A stretch of 63,865 bases of DNA, counting the filler, from Myxococcota bacterium (GTDB lineage: Bacteria; Myxococcota_C; UBA6777), in assembly GCA_023150835.1 (NCBI GenBank). It is 3 parts of 3 records of this genome, joined end to end, with 100 filler letters (N's around TTAATTAATTAA, not from the genome) between each part and the next. Parts side by side here need not be neighbours in the genome. Positions count along the whole stretch, not along the records: positions 22,034 to 43,674 come from JAKLKB010000123.1; 2 more parts are not named here. The stretch is one strand, 5' to 3'. Below the pieces are notes generated by a model. That model made no database searches and had not been told where the DNA came from. It worked only from the letters and a program-made list of their open reading frames with translations. Shown here piece by piece: positions 26,930 through 37,156 of this stretch (position 1 is its first letter; every line of letters begins with the position of its first letter). The position numbers and the translations under genes are program-made.

Positions 26930-29818
26930 ATGTGGTGGAAAAGAGGCGCTTTGCAAAGCGCGTGGTGCTTGTGGTGCTTGTGTTGTCTCGGATGGATGGG
27001 ATGGGTGGATGGGCGTGTTGCAAACGCGCAAGGACCGACATCGCGGCCTGCTGTGGCAGAAAAAAAGATGCAGCCACAAGGAAGTGTGTTTGTAGGTCTT
27101 CAACGCCTGCATACGCTGATGGCAAGTCAAAAGCCGAGTGGCGCTCCTGCTTGGATGGCAGGAGAAGCCCATTACACGGGAGAGATCGTCGAGCAAACGA
27201 TGAATCTTTCGGTGGTTCGTCATATCTTGGTTGAGCCGTCGAAGCCAGCGTGGGTGCCTTTGGGTGGGCAGGGCGGTGTGGTGTGGGATGTGCGGGTGGG
27301 CGATCGCATCGGACTTCCCGTTCGGTGGACAGATGGTCGTGTGGGGTTGTGGCTGCCAAAAGGAAAGCACCTCTTGCGTTATCGACTCCAGCTTCCCATC
27401 CCCAAAAGCCGAGGAGAACACACGTTGGCGCTGTCTTTGCCGCCATCTCCGCAAGCCCAACTTCATCTGCGTTTCCAAGGCCCCGATTGGAGCGTTCACA
27501 CCGAGCCTGCATCCCAAGTGATCATGACCTATCCAAAAGGCCAGACACACGCGACGTTGCGCTTGCCAACGGGTGGCCATCTGCTTTTGCATTGGAAAGG
27601 CAAACGCATCGAGCGCGACGAACAAACCCGATTCCGCGCATCCCTGCAACAATGGGTGACGCTACAAGAGCGGATGATGTCGGTGCGCGCAAAGCTACAG
27701 CTTGAAGTCGTCACGGGAGCCTTGCGTCAGGTACGTTGTAAAGTCCCAGCAGATCTGGAGATCTTGCACATTGACGGCAAGGGCGTGACGGAGTGGTTTC
27801 AAGAGCGTCGTGAAGGCGATCAACAGATCATCTTGGTTCAGTTCGGTTATGCGGTGCGCGAAAAGCAAGAGATGACGCTGCAAATGGAGCGGACTCGCTT
27901 ACAAGCAGGACGCCCTGTAAAACTTCCGACGTTACAGGTCTTGGGAGCCGAAGAAGTCAACGGCGATATCGGCGTCCAAGCCCGCGCAGACACCGAGGTT
28001 TCCCACGATAGCGCCCAAGGAGCCATCCCCGTAGACGTCCGCAGCCTCCCCCCCACCATCCGCCAAGGTAGCGACCTACCGATCCTGCTCGCCTACCGTT
28101 TTGAGCAGGCCGACTGGGATATCCAAGTGCGGGTCGTCAAACACCCACCGCTCAAAGTCATCAGCATCGTTGTCAACCAAGCCCGCTTCGAGACGGTGTA
28201 CACACGAACGGGCCGCGAAGTGACGAAGGCCACATGGTGGGTCACCAACAATCGACGCCAATTTATGCCGATCTTCTTGGACGAAAAAGCCGATCTATTG
28301 GGCGCTTTCGTGGCGGGAAACGCTGTACAGGTCGCCGAGCAAGCCAAGTCTCCAACCCGAGCCGCAAAACAAGCCAAGCATCCGACCAAAGAGCGTCTAT
28401 TTCTTTTGCCGCTGGTGCGTTCCAAAAGCTCGCGTTCAGGAAAAGTCTTTCCTGTCGAAGTCCTCTACACGGTCAAACGTGCGCCTCTTCGGGCATGGGG
28501 AACCTTGCGAACGGCCTTACCGAGAACCCCGCTTGAGGTGTTGTCTTTCCAATGGAATGTGTATCTTGCGCGAACACATCGGATGATCTGGCAAGATGGC
28601 GATGTCTTACCAAAACATCGCCGCCGCTTGTTGCGCTATCTCGACTGGCGGATCATGGAAGACCTTAAATCAGGAACCCCCGTCTTGTGGGCGGGTGGAA
28701 CGCGCAAAAACCCCTTTGGTCGCTACAGTTCGATGGGCTTAAAAGAGCGTTTTGCGGCCCCCGCTGCGTCTCCCCTGATGAGCGATGTACTCACCACCGT
28801 CCCCAAAACCGAGTACCGCTCGCGCTTTGCACAGGTCCAATGGCAAGTCCGCACAGAGATCCCCTTGGTCGGAAACCTGATCTCTTTGCAAGGCCATATG
28901 CTCCGCGATCGTGCGCCTCACCTTGAGATCCTCTACCTCCAAGAGATCTTTCTTTCGTTTTGGTTTTGGGTGGTCTGGTTGACTGTGACGGCCTTGGTAT
29001 GGCTGTTTTTGCGCGGCAGCTTTGCTCAAAACGGCGTGCGTTGGGACTGGCTGTTGTTTTCTGTCGTCGGCCTCTTGGCCCTTTTTGTCGCAGGATTCTT
29101 TTTGCCGATGACGTATCTTGCGGCCCTACGCGGCTTTCTCTTGGGTGTTTGGCTCGCGTTCCTGTACCGCTCGGCGACAAACCAAAACCCGATCTTTCCG
29201 CTATGGGCGTCTTTGGGGCGTAACTCGATGATCTTCTTGACCTTCGTCTTCTTGCTCGAAGGAAGTATTTATTCGCAGATCCTCTGCTGCTTCTTGGCTG
29301 CGGCTTTCCTTCCTGCCCTGTTTGGCCGAAACCCACAAAAGGCCGAACCACCGCCCTCCTCATCGCCGTCACGTGGCAACTCTCCTGAAAAACGCTCCCC
29401 CTCACCACCCACAACCACACCGAACACCTCCGCGACTTCGCTCCCGTCCGATACTTCGACTCCTGCAACATCATCACCCGCGCCGAAACTCCCCGATACT
29501 TCGACTCTTGCATCGCTCACTCCGAAACTCCCCGATACTTCGACTCTTGCATCGCTCACTCCGAAACTCCCCGATACTTCGACTCCTGCATCGCCCACTC
29601 CGAAACTCCCCGATACCTCGACTCCTGCATCGCCCACTCCAAAACTCCCCGATACTTCGACTCTTGCATCGCCCACTCCAAAGGCGACCGCTCCTTCGAC
29701 ACCTACACCCGCTCCCACAGCCCAAAAACAAGCCACATCCGCCCCCTATCCATCGCCCTCTGCGGCCAGCCCAAAAGCCCAACCCAGCGGAAAAAACAAG
29801 CAAGGAGCCAAGAAGTAA
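26930..29818 (+). CDS. Large uncharacterised exported protein with multiple C-terminal TM helices
   Basis: GGAGG RBS before ATG 26930. Signal peptide, beta-rich body, several TM helices and a PKLPDTST(L/P)AS(L/P)T x5 tail. Paralogous to the next gene. Confidence 0.8.
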   Translation: MWWKRGALQSAWCLWCLCCLGWMGWVDGRVANAQGPTSRPAVAEKKMQPQGSVFVGLQRLHTLMASQKPSGAPAWMAGEAHYTGEIVEQTMNLSVVRHILVEPSKPAWVPLGGQGGVVWDVRVGDRIGLPVRWTDGRVGLWLPKGKHLLRYRLQLPIPKSRGEHTLALSLPPSPQAQLHLRFQGPDWSVHTEPASQVIMTYPKGQTHATLRLPTGGHLLLHWKGKRIERDEQTRFRASLQQWVTLQERMMSVRAKLQLEVVTGALRQVRCKVPADLEILHIDGKGVTEWFQERREGDQQIILVQFGYAVREKQEMTLQMERTRLQAGRPVKLPTLQVLGAEEVNGDIGVQARADTEVSHDSAQGAIPVDVRSLPPTIRQGSDLPILLAYRFEQADWDIQVRVVKHPPLKVISIVVNQARFETVYTRTGREVTKATWWVTNNRRQFMPIFLDEKADLLGAFVAGNAVQVAEQAKSPTRAAKQAKHPTKERLFLLPLVRSKSSRSGKVFPVEVLYTVKRAPLRAWGTLRTALPRTPLEVLSFQWNVYLARTHRMIWQDGDVLPKHRRRLLRYLDWRIMEDLKSGTPVLWAGGTRKNPFGRYSSMGLKERFAAPAASPLMSDVLTTVPKTEYRSRFAQVQWQVRTEIPLVGNLISLQGHMLRDRAPHLEILYLQEIFLSFWFWVVWLTVTALVWLFLRGSFAQNGVRWDWLLFSVVGLLALFVAGFFLPMTYLAALRGFLLGVWLAFLYRSATNQNPIFPLWASLGRNSMIFLTFVFLLEGSIYSQILCCFLAAAFLPALFGRNPQKAEPPPSSSPSRGNSPEKRSPSPPTTTPNTSATSLPSDTSTPATSSPAPKLPDTSTLASLTPKLPDTSTLASLTPKLPDTSTPASPTPKLPDTSTPASPTPKLPDTSTLASPTPKATAPSTPTPAPTAQKQATSAPYPSPSAASPKAQPSGKNKQGAKK

Positions 29819-30046
29819 ATGCGTACCCACTTCCTACGAAACGCTTCCAACGGCTCACACCCTACAAAATCGACGCCGTTGGCCCGAAAAACCCCGTGTT
29901 CGCGCCCCTCCAAGCGGAAAAGTCGTTTGATTGAAACACCACCGCTCGTCCCGTCGATACGGGGTCAAGGGAGCGTGGCTCCCTTGCGGGGCGTGGGGTG
30001 GACCCCCACTTCACAAAACCGCTCCAACCCCTCTGATTCCACTCGG

Positions 30047-32284
30047 ATGTGGGCCATGTTGCGCTCTCTTGTGGTCTGTCTTGGTATCTGGGGGATAATG
30101 TGTGGCAGGGCGTGGGCTGAACTGCCGAACTACCCGCTCCATCCGCAACCTCACCATACCTTCCAACAAAACTCGAACTCCGCCAATCCAACGCAGCAAT
30201 CGTTTGTTCCGAGCCATCACACGGACACATCCAAAGAAGGGGCATGGCTGCCGCTTTCGCAATACACAGCGCTTCATCATCGGGCCAACAAGCCCTTGCC
30301 AGCGCGAAGTGCGCAAGTGATCGAAGCGTTTTATTACGCAAAAGTCCAAGCAGACGGCTTGTTGGTGGATGCGCGTCTTGTGGTTGCAAGCGAGGGAGAA
30401 GGATGGCACAGCCTCGCTGTCCTTTTGGGAGCTTACCCGCTGATCTCGGCGCGTTTAGGCGGTCAAACACCCTTTTTGGTTCCCGCCAAAACGCCGACAG
30501 ATTGGACTTCTTTGTTGTTGGTTGGCACAAAGCGCGAAGCCTTGTTGTTGCGTTTCTTTGTGCCACGCCAAGCCGGCCTAGACCCGCTGGTGGCGTTTCG
30601 TGGAGCGCCTGCGGTGGCCTCCTCTTTTGAAGCCCGTTTTGCAGGAGCAGGCTATCGCCCCACCCTCGAAGGCGGCATCCATACGCGAATCACCCGATCC
30701 GCTCAAGAGGTTGTGGTTTCAGCGATCTTGCCCGATCCGACACTGGGTATCTCGCTGCGTTGGTGGCAACAAGAAACCCCCTTACAAGCTGCACGAAAAG
30801 ACCAGCGTAAGTCTCGGATGTATGTAAGAACTTTCGCGCTACTTTCGATCGCCAAAGCCGGCCAAGAGATGTTTTTAACCTACCGTTACACCTTGGTCCA
30901 AGCTCCGCGAGAGCGCTTCTTGTTGCATATCCCCAAGGGCCTTTTGCTCCGAACAGTCCGAGGCTTGGGGATGCGCGATTATCGTTTGCGTCCCGACACC
31001 AAACAGGGCGGACAGATCTTGGATGTGCTGCTTGTGGAACCCGTCAGCGAACGCTACGAGCTCTCGATCTTGGCCGAACGACGGTACGCACAAGAACAAG
31101 ATATCCGCCTCCCTGTCCCGCTTGAAACGCAACGAGAAACGGGCTTTGTCGGGATGGAAGCCGTCGGCAACGAAGAGATCACCGTACAAGCCACAGGCGC
31201 AAATCCCATCGATGTCCAAGAACTCCCACAAGAGATCATCCGAGGCACCACTCGCCCGCTGCTCTATGCTTTCCGCTACACACGCCGCCCTGTCTCGTGG
31301 CGCCTGTCTGTCAAACGCCACAAAAGCGCCGCATTACCCGCCTCGATGATCGATCGCGCAGAATACCTACAAGTCGCCAACAAAGAAGGCAGTACATGGG
31401 TTCAAGCCGCCTATCGCATCCGAAACAGCTTCAAACAGTTTATGGCCCTACGTCTGCCCAAAGGTGCGCGCATCCGCAGTGCCTTTGTGGACGGCTTGCC
31501 TGTCAAACCTGCGATGGATGCCCAACAACGGGCTTTGATCCCGCTCAAACGCTCGGGACAAGCCGCCAGCCGCGCTTTCCCCGTCGAAGTCGTCTACAGC
31601 CTTCCATTGCCCCCATTCCAAAGTTATCGGCGTTATCGCTACGCTCTACCACAAGTCGACCTCTGGATCAGTGCGCTCTCTTGGCGGCTTTATCTTCCCG
31701 ACGGGCGTGTGACGATCCACAAAAGCGACCTTCAACGCGATTGGACCCATCAGACCGCACAGTGGGAACATACCACCAACGAGCGCAACTTCTCCGATCA
31801 ACGCAGCCTGATCCAACTCCGCAGACGCTCTTCTAGTGAAACCACCCCCCAGCACGCCACCAACGCCGCAACGTCGACGCAGTCTACCGCAGATGGCGTC
31901 GGCCAATTGCCTGTGCGCGTTCAACTTCCGCGTGTGGGTCGCACCTATCTATTCCATCAATTCCATATCCCCGCGATGCAACAGACCGCGATGGAGTTCT
32001 CTTTTGTCGGATACTGGTTGCAAGCGATCAGCGGGATCTTGTTCTTTTTTGCAGGATGCTGCTTGTTCTTAGGCATCGCGCTTTGGTGGATGCAAGTAAA
32101 CCATGCGCAGCGTTGGGCTTTTGGATTGGGGCTTCAAAGCGCCCTGATGTTCGCCTTCGCCGCATGGACCGTCTCTCGCATCGCTTGGTCTGTCCTCTTC
32201 CTTGGCGGACTGTTCGGTGTCTTTATCGCTTTTGCCATCGGCCTGCTACGTTGGTTTGAACAAAAACAACCCAAAATCGATTAA
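30047..32284 (+). CDS. Uncharacterised exported membrane protein, paralogue of the upstream gene
   Basis: Signal peptide ending AWA. Shares GA.P.DV..LP..I......P.L.A.R, N...QFM, AFV.G..V, L.PL.RS and FPVEV.Y motifs with 26930-29818. About three C-terminal TM helices. Confidence 0.8.
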   Translation: MWAMLRSLVVCLGIWGIMCGRAWAELPNYPLHPQPHHTFQQNSNSANPTQQSFVPSHHTDTSKEGAWLPLSQYTALHHRANKPLPARSAQVIEAFYYAKVQADGLLVDARLVVASEGEGWHSLAVLLGAYPLISARLGGQTPFLVPAKTPTDWTSLLLVGTKREALLLRFFVPRQAGLDPLVAFRGAPAVASSFEARFAGAGYRPTLEGGIHTRITRSAQEVVVSAILPDPTLGISLRWWQQETPLQAARKDQRKSRMYVRTFALLSIAKAGQEMFLTYRYTLVQAPRERFLLHIPKGLLLRTVRGLGMRDYRLRPDTKQGGQILDVLLVEPVSERYELSILAERRYAQEQDIRLPVPLETQRETGFVGMEAVGNEEITVQATGANPIDVQELPQEIIRGTTRPLLYAFRYTRRPVSWRLSVKRHKSAALPASMIDRAEYLQVANKEGSTWVQAAYRIRNSFKQFMALRLPKGARIRSAFVDGLPVKPAMDAQQRALIPLKRSGQAASRAFPVEVVYSLPLPPFQSYRRYRYALPQVDLWISALSWRLYLPDGRVTIHKSDLQRDWTHQTAQWEHTTNERNFSDQRSLIQLRRRSSSETTPQHATNAATSTQSTADGVGQLPVRVQLPRVGRTYLFHQFHIPAMQQTAMEFSFVGYWLQAISGILFFFAGCCLFLGIALWWMQVNHAQRWAFGLGLQSALMFAFAAWTVSRIAWSVLFLGGLFGVFIAFAIGLLRWFEQKQPKID

Positions 32285-32533
32285 TAAGAAATCCCACCCA
32301 TGCTGTAATCAAAAATAGGCATTGCCCTGTAGCTTCTCAACAACAGGGTCTCTACGAATCAAGAGGAACGATTGATTCGAAATCCGCCCGTTGTGTACAC
32401 AAAAGATGCAGGGGCAGCCCCGTGGCTGCCCAATGACAGGGCCTCTACGAATCATACGAGATCCACCCGTTGCGTTATCGTAAAGGTGTAGGGGCAGCTT
32501 CCCGTGGCTGCCCAATGACAGAGCTTCGAAGCC

Positions 32534-33505
32534 CTACCCGTCGAAACGCACCAAACGGAAACCGTAATGCCCGTTGGCATCTTCAGGGATACTCAGATGC
32601 AAAAAGGTGAGCCGCGTCGCACCCTCGTGACTAAACCAACATCCCCCATGCAAGATCCGAAGATCGCCTTGTGACGCGCCTGTTGGATTGTCCTGTGTTT
32701 GCTTTTCTTGCGGATTGTACAGACTATAAGTCCACTCCCACACATTCCCCAACACATCATAAAGCCCCCATGCATTGGGCTTTTTCTGCCCCACAGGATG
32801 CGTTTTGTGACCGCTGTTGTGTAGATACCACGCGATCTCATCGATCTTTCCGTATCGCGCATTCTTTTCTCCCGCACGTGCGGCATATTCCCACTCCACC
32901 TCGGTTGGAAGGCGCCAGCCACGGCAGCGCACATAATCGCTCTTGCCATCCCCCACCCCCGCAAGCTTCCCCTCACGACCGACAAAACAGCGTTGTAATC
33001 CTTCTTTCTCCGAAAGCTTGTTTGTAAAAGCCGCTGCATCATACCAACTCACGCCCTCCACCGGACAGCGGCCACCACATCCACGAAAATGTGATGGGTT
33101 TTTTCCCATGATCGCAACGTATTGTTCTTGCGTCACTTCTGTCTCAGCGATCCAAAATCCCCGACTAATCCGCACCTCGCGTTGCTTTTTTTCATGACGA
33201 AAGCCTTCTTTGTCTCTCTTTGGGCATCCCTCCACGAAACACCCCGCAGGCACCCAACGCATCGCAAACTCCGTCTCCCCCACGCGAAACACCCGCCGCT
33301 CACCCGCTTTCTTTTCGCTATGGCCGTTCTTCTCTTGCAACGTGCGCTCTGCTTGCTGTTCTGCCAACCAACCCCGGCGATGTCCTTTTTTGGCGGCAGG
33401 TCGGCTCGTTGGCCCCCCTTGTCCTTCTGCCGTCTGTGTGCTGCCGATCCACCACAAACTCACAGCACAAGCCACCCCCCAAACACTTCGCCTCACCCGC
33501 AACAT
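32534..33505 (-). CDS. Secreted FGE-sulfatase (SUMF1/CLec-fold) domain protein
   Basis: Signal peptide, ETEVTQ, CPVEGVSW, RLPTEVEWEYAARAG, PNAWGLYDVLGNVWEW, terminal GFRLVR. Confidence 0.9.
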   Translation of the reverse strand: MLRVRRSVWGVACAVSLWWIGSTQTAEGQGGPTSRPAAKKGHRRGWLAEQQAERTLQEKNGHSEKKAGERRVFRVGETEFAMRWVPAGCFVEGCPKRDKEGFRHEKKQREVRISRGFWIAETEVTQEQYVAIMGKNPSHFRGCGGRCPVEGVSWYDAAAFTNKLSEKEGLQRCFVGREGKLAGVGDGKSDYVRCRGWRLPTEVEWEYAARAGEKNARYGKIDEIAWYLHNSGHKTHPVGQKKPNAWGLYDVLGNVWEWTYSLYNPQEKQTQDNPTGASQGDLRILHGGCWFSHEGATRLTFLHLSIPEDANGHYGFRLVRFDG

Positions 33506-33766
33506 CTTTCGCTCCTTTCTTTGGATGACGCTCTCTTCCGATTTGTGGGGCGCTGCCCCACACCCCGCAAGGGACCCATGGCCCCTTGACCCCGATTTGG
33601 CGGGGTGATCGTTCACTTTTCAAACAAACGTCTGCGCCGCTTGAGGTGGCGCGAACACTTGGTTTTTTTGTCAACTACGTCACTTCTGTGTTGGTTGAGG
33701 ACTATCGCGATCTTCGCGCTCCCCATCCACCGCACTCAAACAACGAATCCCTCAAAAAAAGTCCCC

Positions 33767-33842
33767 CACTCCGCCTCGATGTCTGCACTCCGCCTCGATG
33801 TTTGCACTCCGCCTCGATGTTTGCACTCCGCCTCGATGTTTG
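33767..33842. repeat. 19-bp tandem repeat x4
   Basis: CACTCCGCCTCGATGT(C/T)TG units. Confidence 0.9.
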
Positions 33843-33865
33843 CGCTCTCCTTCGATCCGCACATT

Positions 33866-34699
33866 TCACATCGACGCGCCAACAGCCTCACACAAGCGCG
33901 GCAACGCCTCTTCTGCATTCACTTGAAGGTTCATCACGCCCACGCCTTCCCAATCGCCCGTTTCGACTTCAGGGTTTAGAGAAAAAGCCGGAACTTGCCG
34001 TAGATGCGCACTCTCCAACATCGCTGCCGTCACGCCCACCGAAAAAGAAGTCCCGACAAACACCATCAATCGGGCTTCTTGGGTTGCGTTCATGGCGTCT
34101 CGCATCCGATAATCTCGGTGAGAGGTGTAGTATTCGTCAAACAGCAGCGCGTGAATTCGTACAAGCGACCCGCACGCCGAGCAGCGCGGAATATGCTCAA
34201 GACGCGGTTCTGCCCGAAAGGCCGAGAAATCCAAACTATCAAAGCGAATCTTGCCTTTGGGCGCTCCATTCTCGCACCCATAACGCGTGCATCGCGCATG
34301 TCCCATATCTCCGTGTATATGGATCAATTCTTTTGTCCCTGCGCGATCATGCAACAAGTCGATGTTTTGCGTGATCACCGTCATCCGTCCTCCCCGCGCT
34401 TGTTGCCAACGCTCCAACGCTGTCACCGCATAATGCGCTGGATTCGGCTGTCGTTCAAAGTACGAATCAAATCGTCCCAAAAACCACTCCCAATGTCCAA
34501 CAGGCGTCTCTTCAAAAAACGCATACGTCCCCAACTCCATCGGGCTACGATTCCAAACCGCCTCGATATCCGAACCCCGAAACGTCGGGATCCCGCTTGC
34601 CTTGCTGATCCCCGCTCCCGTACAAAACAAGATCAGGCCATCCTTGACTGACTCGATCGCCCGACAAAATCGGTTCCACTCTGCTTGTTCATGATCCAT
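33866..34699 (-). CDS. cobB: NAD-dependent protein deacylase, sirtuin (Sir2/CobB) family
   Basis: TGAGISKASGIPTFRG, PNPAH, ITQNIDLLH, HG..., two Cys pairs for zinc binding, VGTSFSV. Confidence 0.9.
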   Translation of the reverse strand: MDHEQAEWNRFCRAIESVKDGLILFCTGAGISKASGIPTFRGSDIEAVWNRSPMELGTYAFFEETPVGHWEWFLGRFDSYFERQPNPAHYAVTALERWQQARGGRMTVITQNIDLLHDRAGTKELIHIHGDMGHARCTRYGCENGAPKGKIRFDSLDFSAFRAEPRLEHIPRCSACGSLVRIHALLFDEYYTSHRDYRMRDAMNATQEARLMVFVGTSFSVGVTAAMLESAHLRQVPAFSLNPEVETGDWEGVGVMNLQVNAEEALPRLCEAVGASM

Positions 34700-34880
34700 C
34701 GTTGGCTCCTTTCTTAGGTCCTTCCTGTTCCTCCCTATCCTACGCAAGCAGCATCGCGTTGTGCAAAAATTCTTTTACACACCTCGCACCCAACACCATC
34801 TCGCTCCGTCTTCGGCCTCCACGTCCATCCGCACAAAACACGCGTGTTCTTTTCACAACACAAATACATGAGGAGGCAAG

Positions 34881-35183
34881 ATGAGTTGGGCAACGGCTTG
34901 GATCGCCAAGCTGCAACAGGGCGAAACCGTTTCTTTTCGACCGCGAGGGTCGTCAATGTCCCCAAAGATCCGTTCAGGGCAACGTTGTACCGTCGCACCT
35001 GTCGATCCTTCGGCGCTTGGCGTCGGCGATATCGTGCTTTGCAAAGTGCGCGGTGCGCAATACCTCCACCTGATCAACGCCATACGCGGCGATCAATTCC
35101 AGATCGCCAACAACCGCGGACACATCAACGGCTGGATCTCCGCTAACGCCATCTTTGGCCGCCTCGTCTGCGTCGAAGATTAG
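34881..35183 (+). CDS. Small S24/S26 peptidase-like protein
   Basis: RPRGSSMSP Ser motif, GDIVLCKV, YLHL. GAGGAGG RBS upstream. Confidence 0.75.
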   Translation: MSWATAWIAKLQQGETVSFRPRGSSMSPKIRSGQRCTVAPVDPSALGVGDIVLCKVRGAQYLHLINAIRGDQFQIANNRGHINGWISANAIFGRLVCVED

Positions 35184-35506
35184 CCCACCACAACGCTCCC
35201 CACCTGCCCGCTGACCACGTCGAAGCCAACGGTGCCGTACTCGACAACCACAACGCTCCCCACCTGCCCGCTGACCACGATCACAAGCCCTCTCGTCCAA
35301 CTCACACACGACGCCTGTCCAAAAAACAAACGCCCGCAAGCCACAACCCCTTCGCTTTCGTTCTCTCACCGCATCCTTACTTTTTATATCCGACCAGAAT
35401 CGAAAGAGAATTCTCTCTATGCTCCTTTGGGAACAAGGATTGACAAGCAGCCTCTCGTCAGCGTCAAGCCTTCCGACGCACAACAACATCCAAAGGAGAC
35501 AAAACG

Positions 35507-37021
35507 ATGAGCGATCAAACAATTACCCGCAAACAATTCACCCAAGCCACCGTTTCTGCCAACAACCCTGACCTTCAAAAAATCTTGAAAAACAATTACA
35601 ACCAAGCCTTTGATACCAACGGAGACGGGAAACTGGACGCATCCGATTTCGGCGTCAACAAGGATGGAACCATCAGCAAAGAGGGAATGGAACGACTCTT
35701 CGCCTTCGCCACTTTTTACCAGAGCAACGAAAACGCCAAGGCCGTCAAAAACCAAGGCGTTGTTGGCGAACTCTACTCTGCCATACGCCAAGAAAACGCT
35801 TCTCCCAGCCCAAAAACCAGTGCTGCCTATCGAAGCAATACTGCTGACAAACCTCTCACAGCCGAGGAAAAACAAATCGCACAAACTGCTTTCCTCCGTA
35901 TCAAAAGCCAAATCCCCTCGAATCTGCACGCTCAAATGCAAGAAAAACTACAAAAACTCGCAAGAAACGGCCAACTCAACTGGCTCAAAGATTCAAGTCT
36001 TACACCAAAAGCACAGTCCTTCGCGCTTCTTGAACAACTCACATCCTCCAAACAAGCCAACGAGATCGCTGCTTTCGCTAAAAATCCCCGTATCCAACAG
36101 GCTTTCATTGAAAATGGTCTGAGTGTTTCACCCAAAATATTACAAGAAAAAGAACTTGTACAAACCCTCTTTCTTCGCCTCGCGTCAAAGTCAGGAAACG
36201 AATTCGCCACACGCATCTTTGAACACTTTGATTCTTCTAACCTTTCCCGCACACAACAAACACAAATCCTCAGTGTACTCCTCGCACACCCAAATCACGC
36301 AAAGACGCTCGCAGCCCTCCCGAAAGAAAAAATCGCAGAAGCCCTCCAAACGATGGCGAAGGATATCTCACAATTTCAACAGCTTGCTTCCAGCGCGGAT
36401 TCTGGCATCAACAGCGCAACACAAATCGATCGAACAACACAAGCGGCAAAAGCCCTCAAAGAAAAACCTTGGCTGCTTTACAGCCTTCCTGCCAACGAAG
36501 CACAAAAACTGATCACCACTTTCGTCCACGCGCTCGGCCAAACCGAGGCAGCAAAAACAAGCCCCCGCGACGAAAAGTTTCAGCAAGAAATCATCAAAGA
36601 CGCCCTTCTCGGACTCAAAAAAGACAGCCCCAAAATGTACAGTGTTTTATTTGGCGCAGCCTATCAATCCGTCACGAACAATCCCCTACCCAACTGGAAA
36701 GAACATCTGCTTTCCCTTGCCGCCAACCTTGGAGCTTCTACTCTTCCTCTGGGTGCGTTCAAACCCTTTTTCGGAAGTGCGGTCTCTTTCGAAGTTTCGA
36801 GAGCAACAGGAATGAGCAACGGAACCGCTGCTGCTGACGCAATAACAGGACTCGCAAATGACCTTTTGATGGGAGTCCTTGGACTCGGTTCCGCAGGAGC
36901 CCTCGCCATCATCCTCAAAACAACCCTCACCGTATCCGCCGATCTCATCCGAAACGAATTGGCACAAACAGGCATCGGTCGGTTCCTTTCCAAAGCAGAA
37001 AATGCGAATATCCTGCCGTAA
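35507..37021 (+). CDS. Hypothetical helical protein with an EF-hand-like loop and a hydrophobic C-terminus
   Basis: AAGGAG RBS, DTNGDGKLDASDF loop, no signal peptide. Visibly more A/T-rich than its neighbours. Confidence 0.75.
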   Translation: MSDQTITRKQFTQATVSANNPDLQKILKNNYNQAFDTNGDGKLDASDFGVNKDGTISKEGMERLFAFATFYQSNENAKAVKNQGVVGELYSAIRQENASPSPKTSAAYRSNTADKPLTAEEKQIAQTAFLRIKSQIPSNLHAQMQEKLQKLARNGQLNWLKDSSLTPKAQSFALLEQLTSSKQANEIAAFAKNPRIQQAFIENGLSVSPKILQEKELVQTLFLRLASKSGNEFATRIFEHFDSSNLSRTQQTQILSVLLAHPNHAKTLAALPKEKIAEALQTMAKDISQFQQLASSADSGINSATQIDRTTQAAKALKEKPWLLYSLPANEAQKLITTFVHALGQTEAAKTSPRDEKFQQEIIKDALLGLKKDSPKMYSVLFGAAYQSVTNNPLPNWKEHLLSLAANLGASTLPLGAFKPFFGSAVSFEVSRATGMSNGTAAADAITGLANDLLMGVLGLGSAGALAIILKTTLTVSADLIRNELAQTGIGRFLSKAENANILP

Positions 37022-37156
37022 CAAGACAAAAAATCAGTAATTACCGCCGATATCACTCGCACAAACCGCCCCTACAACAGCGATTCGACAACCGAAACCA
37101 CACCCATCGACAAATCACTTTTCGGCCCAATGTTCGACGATGCTGCCTCAGCCCTT

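Noticed and set aside
32545-32665. Active VR of the local TR in the 32534-33505 gene
   Set aside because: It is too divergent at non-adenine positions, having lost RGGSW and R.A.R, to be a current target.
33866-35183. Sirtuin as an anti-phage Sir2 (Thoeris/DSR-type) defence gene
   Set aside because: It has the classical CobB-type deacylase motifs with a zinc-binding insert and no defence partner genes beside it.
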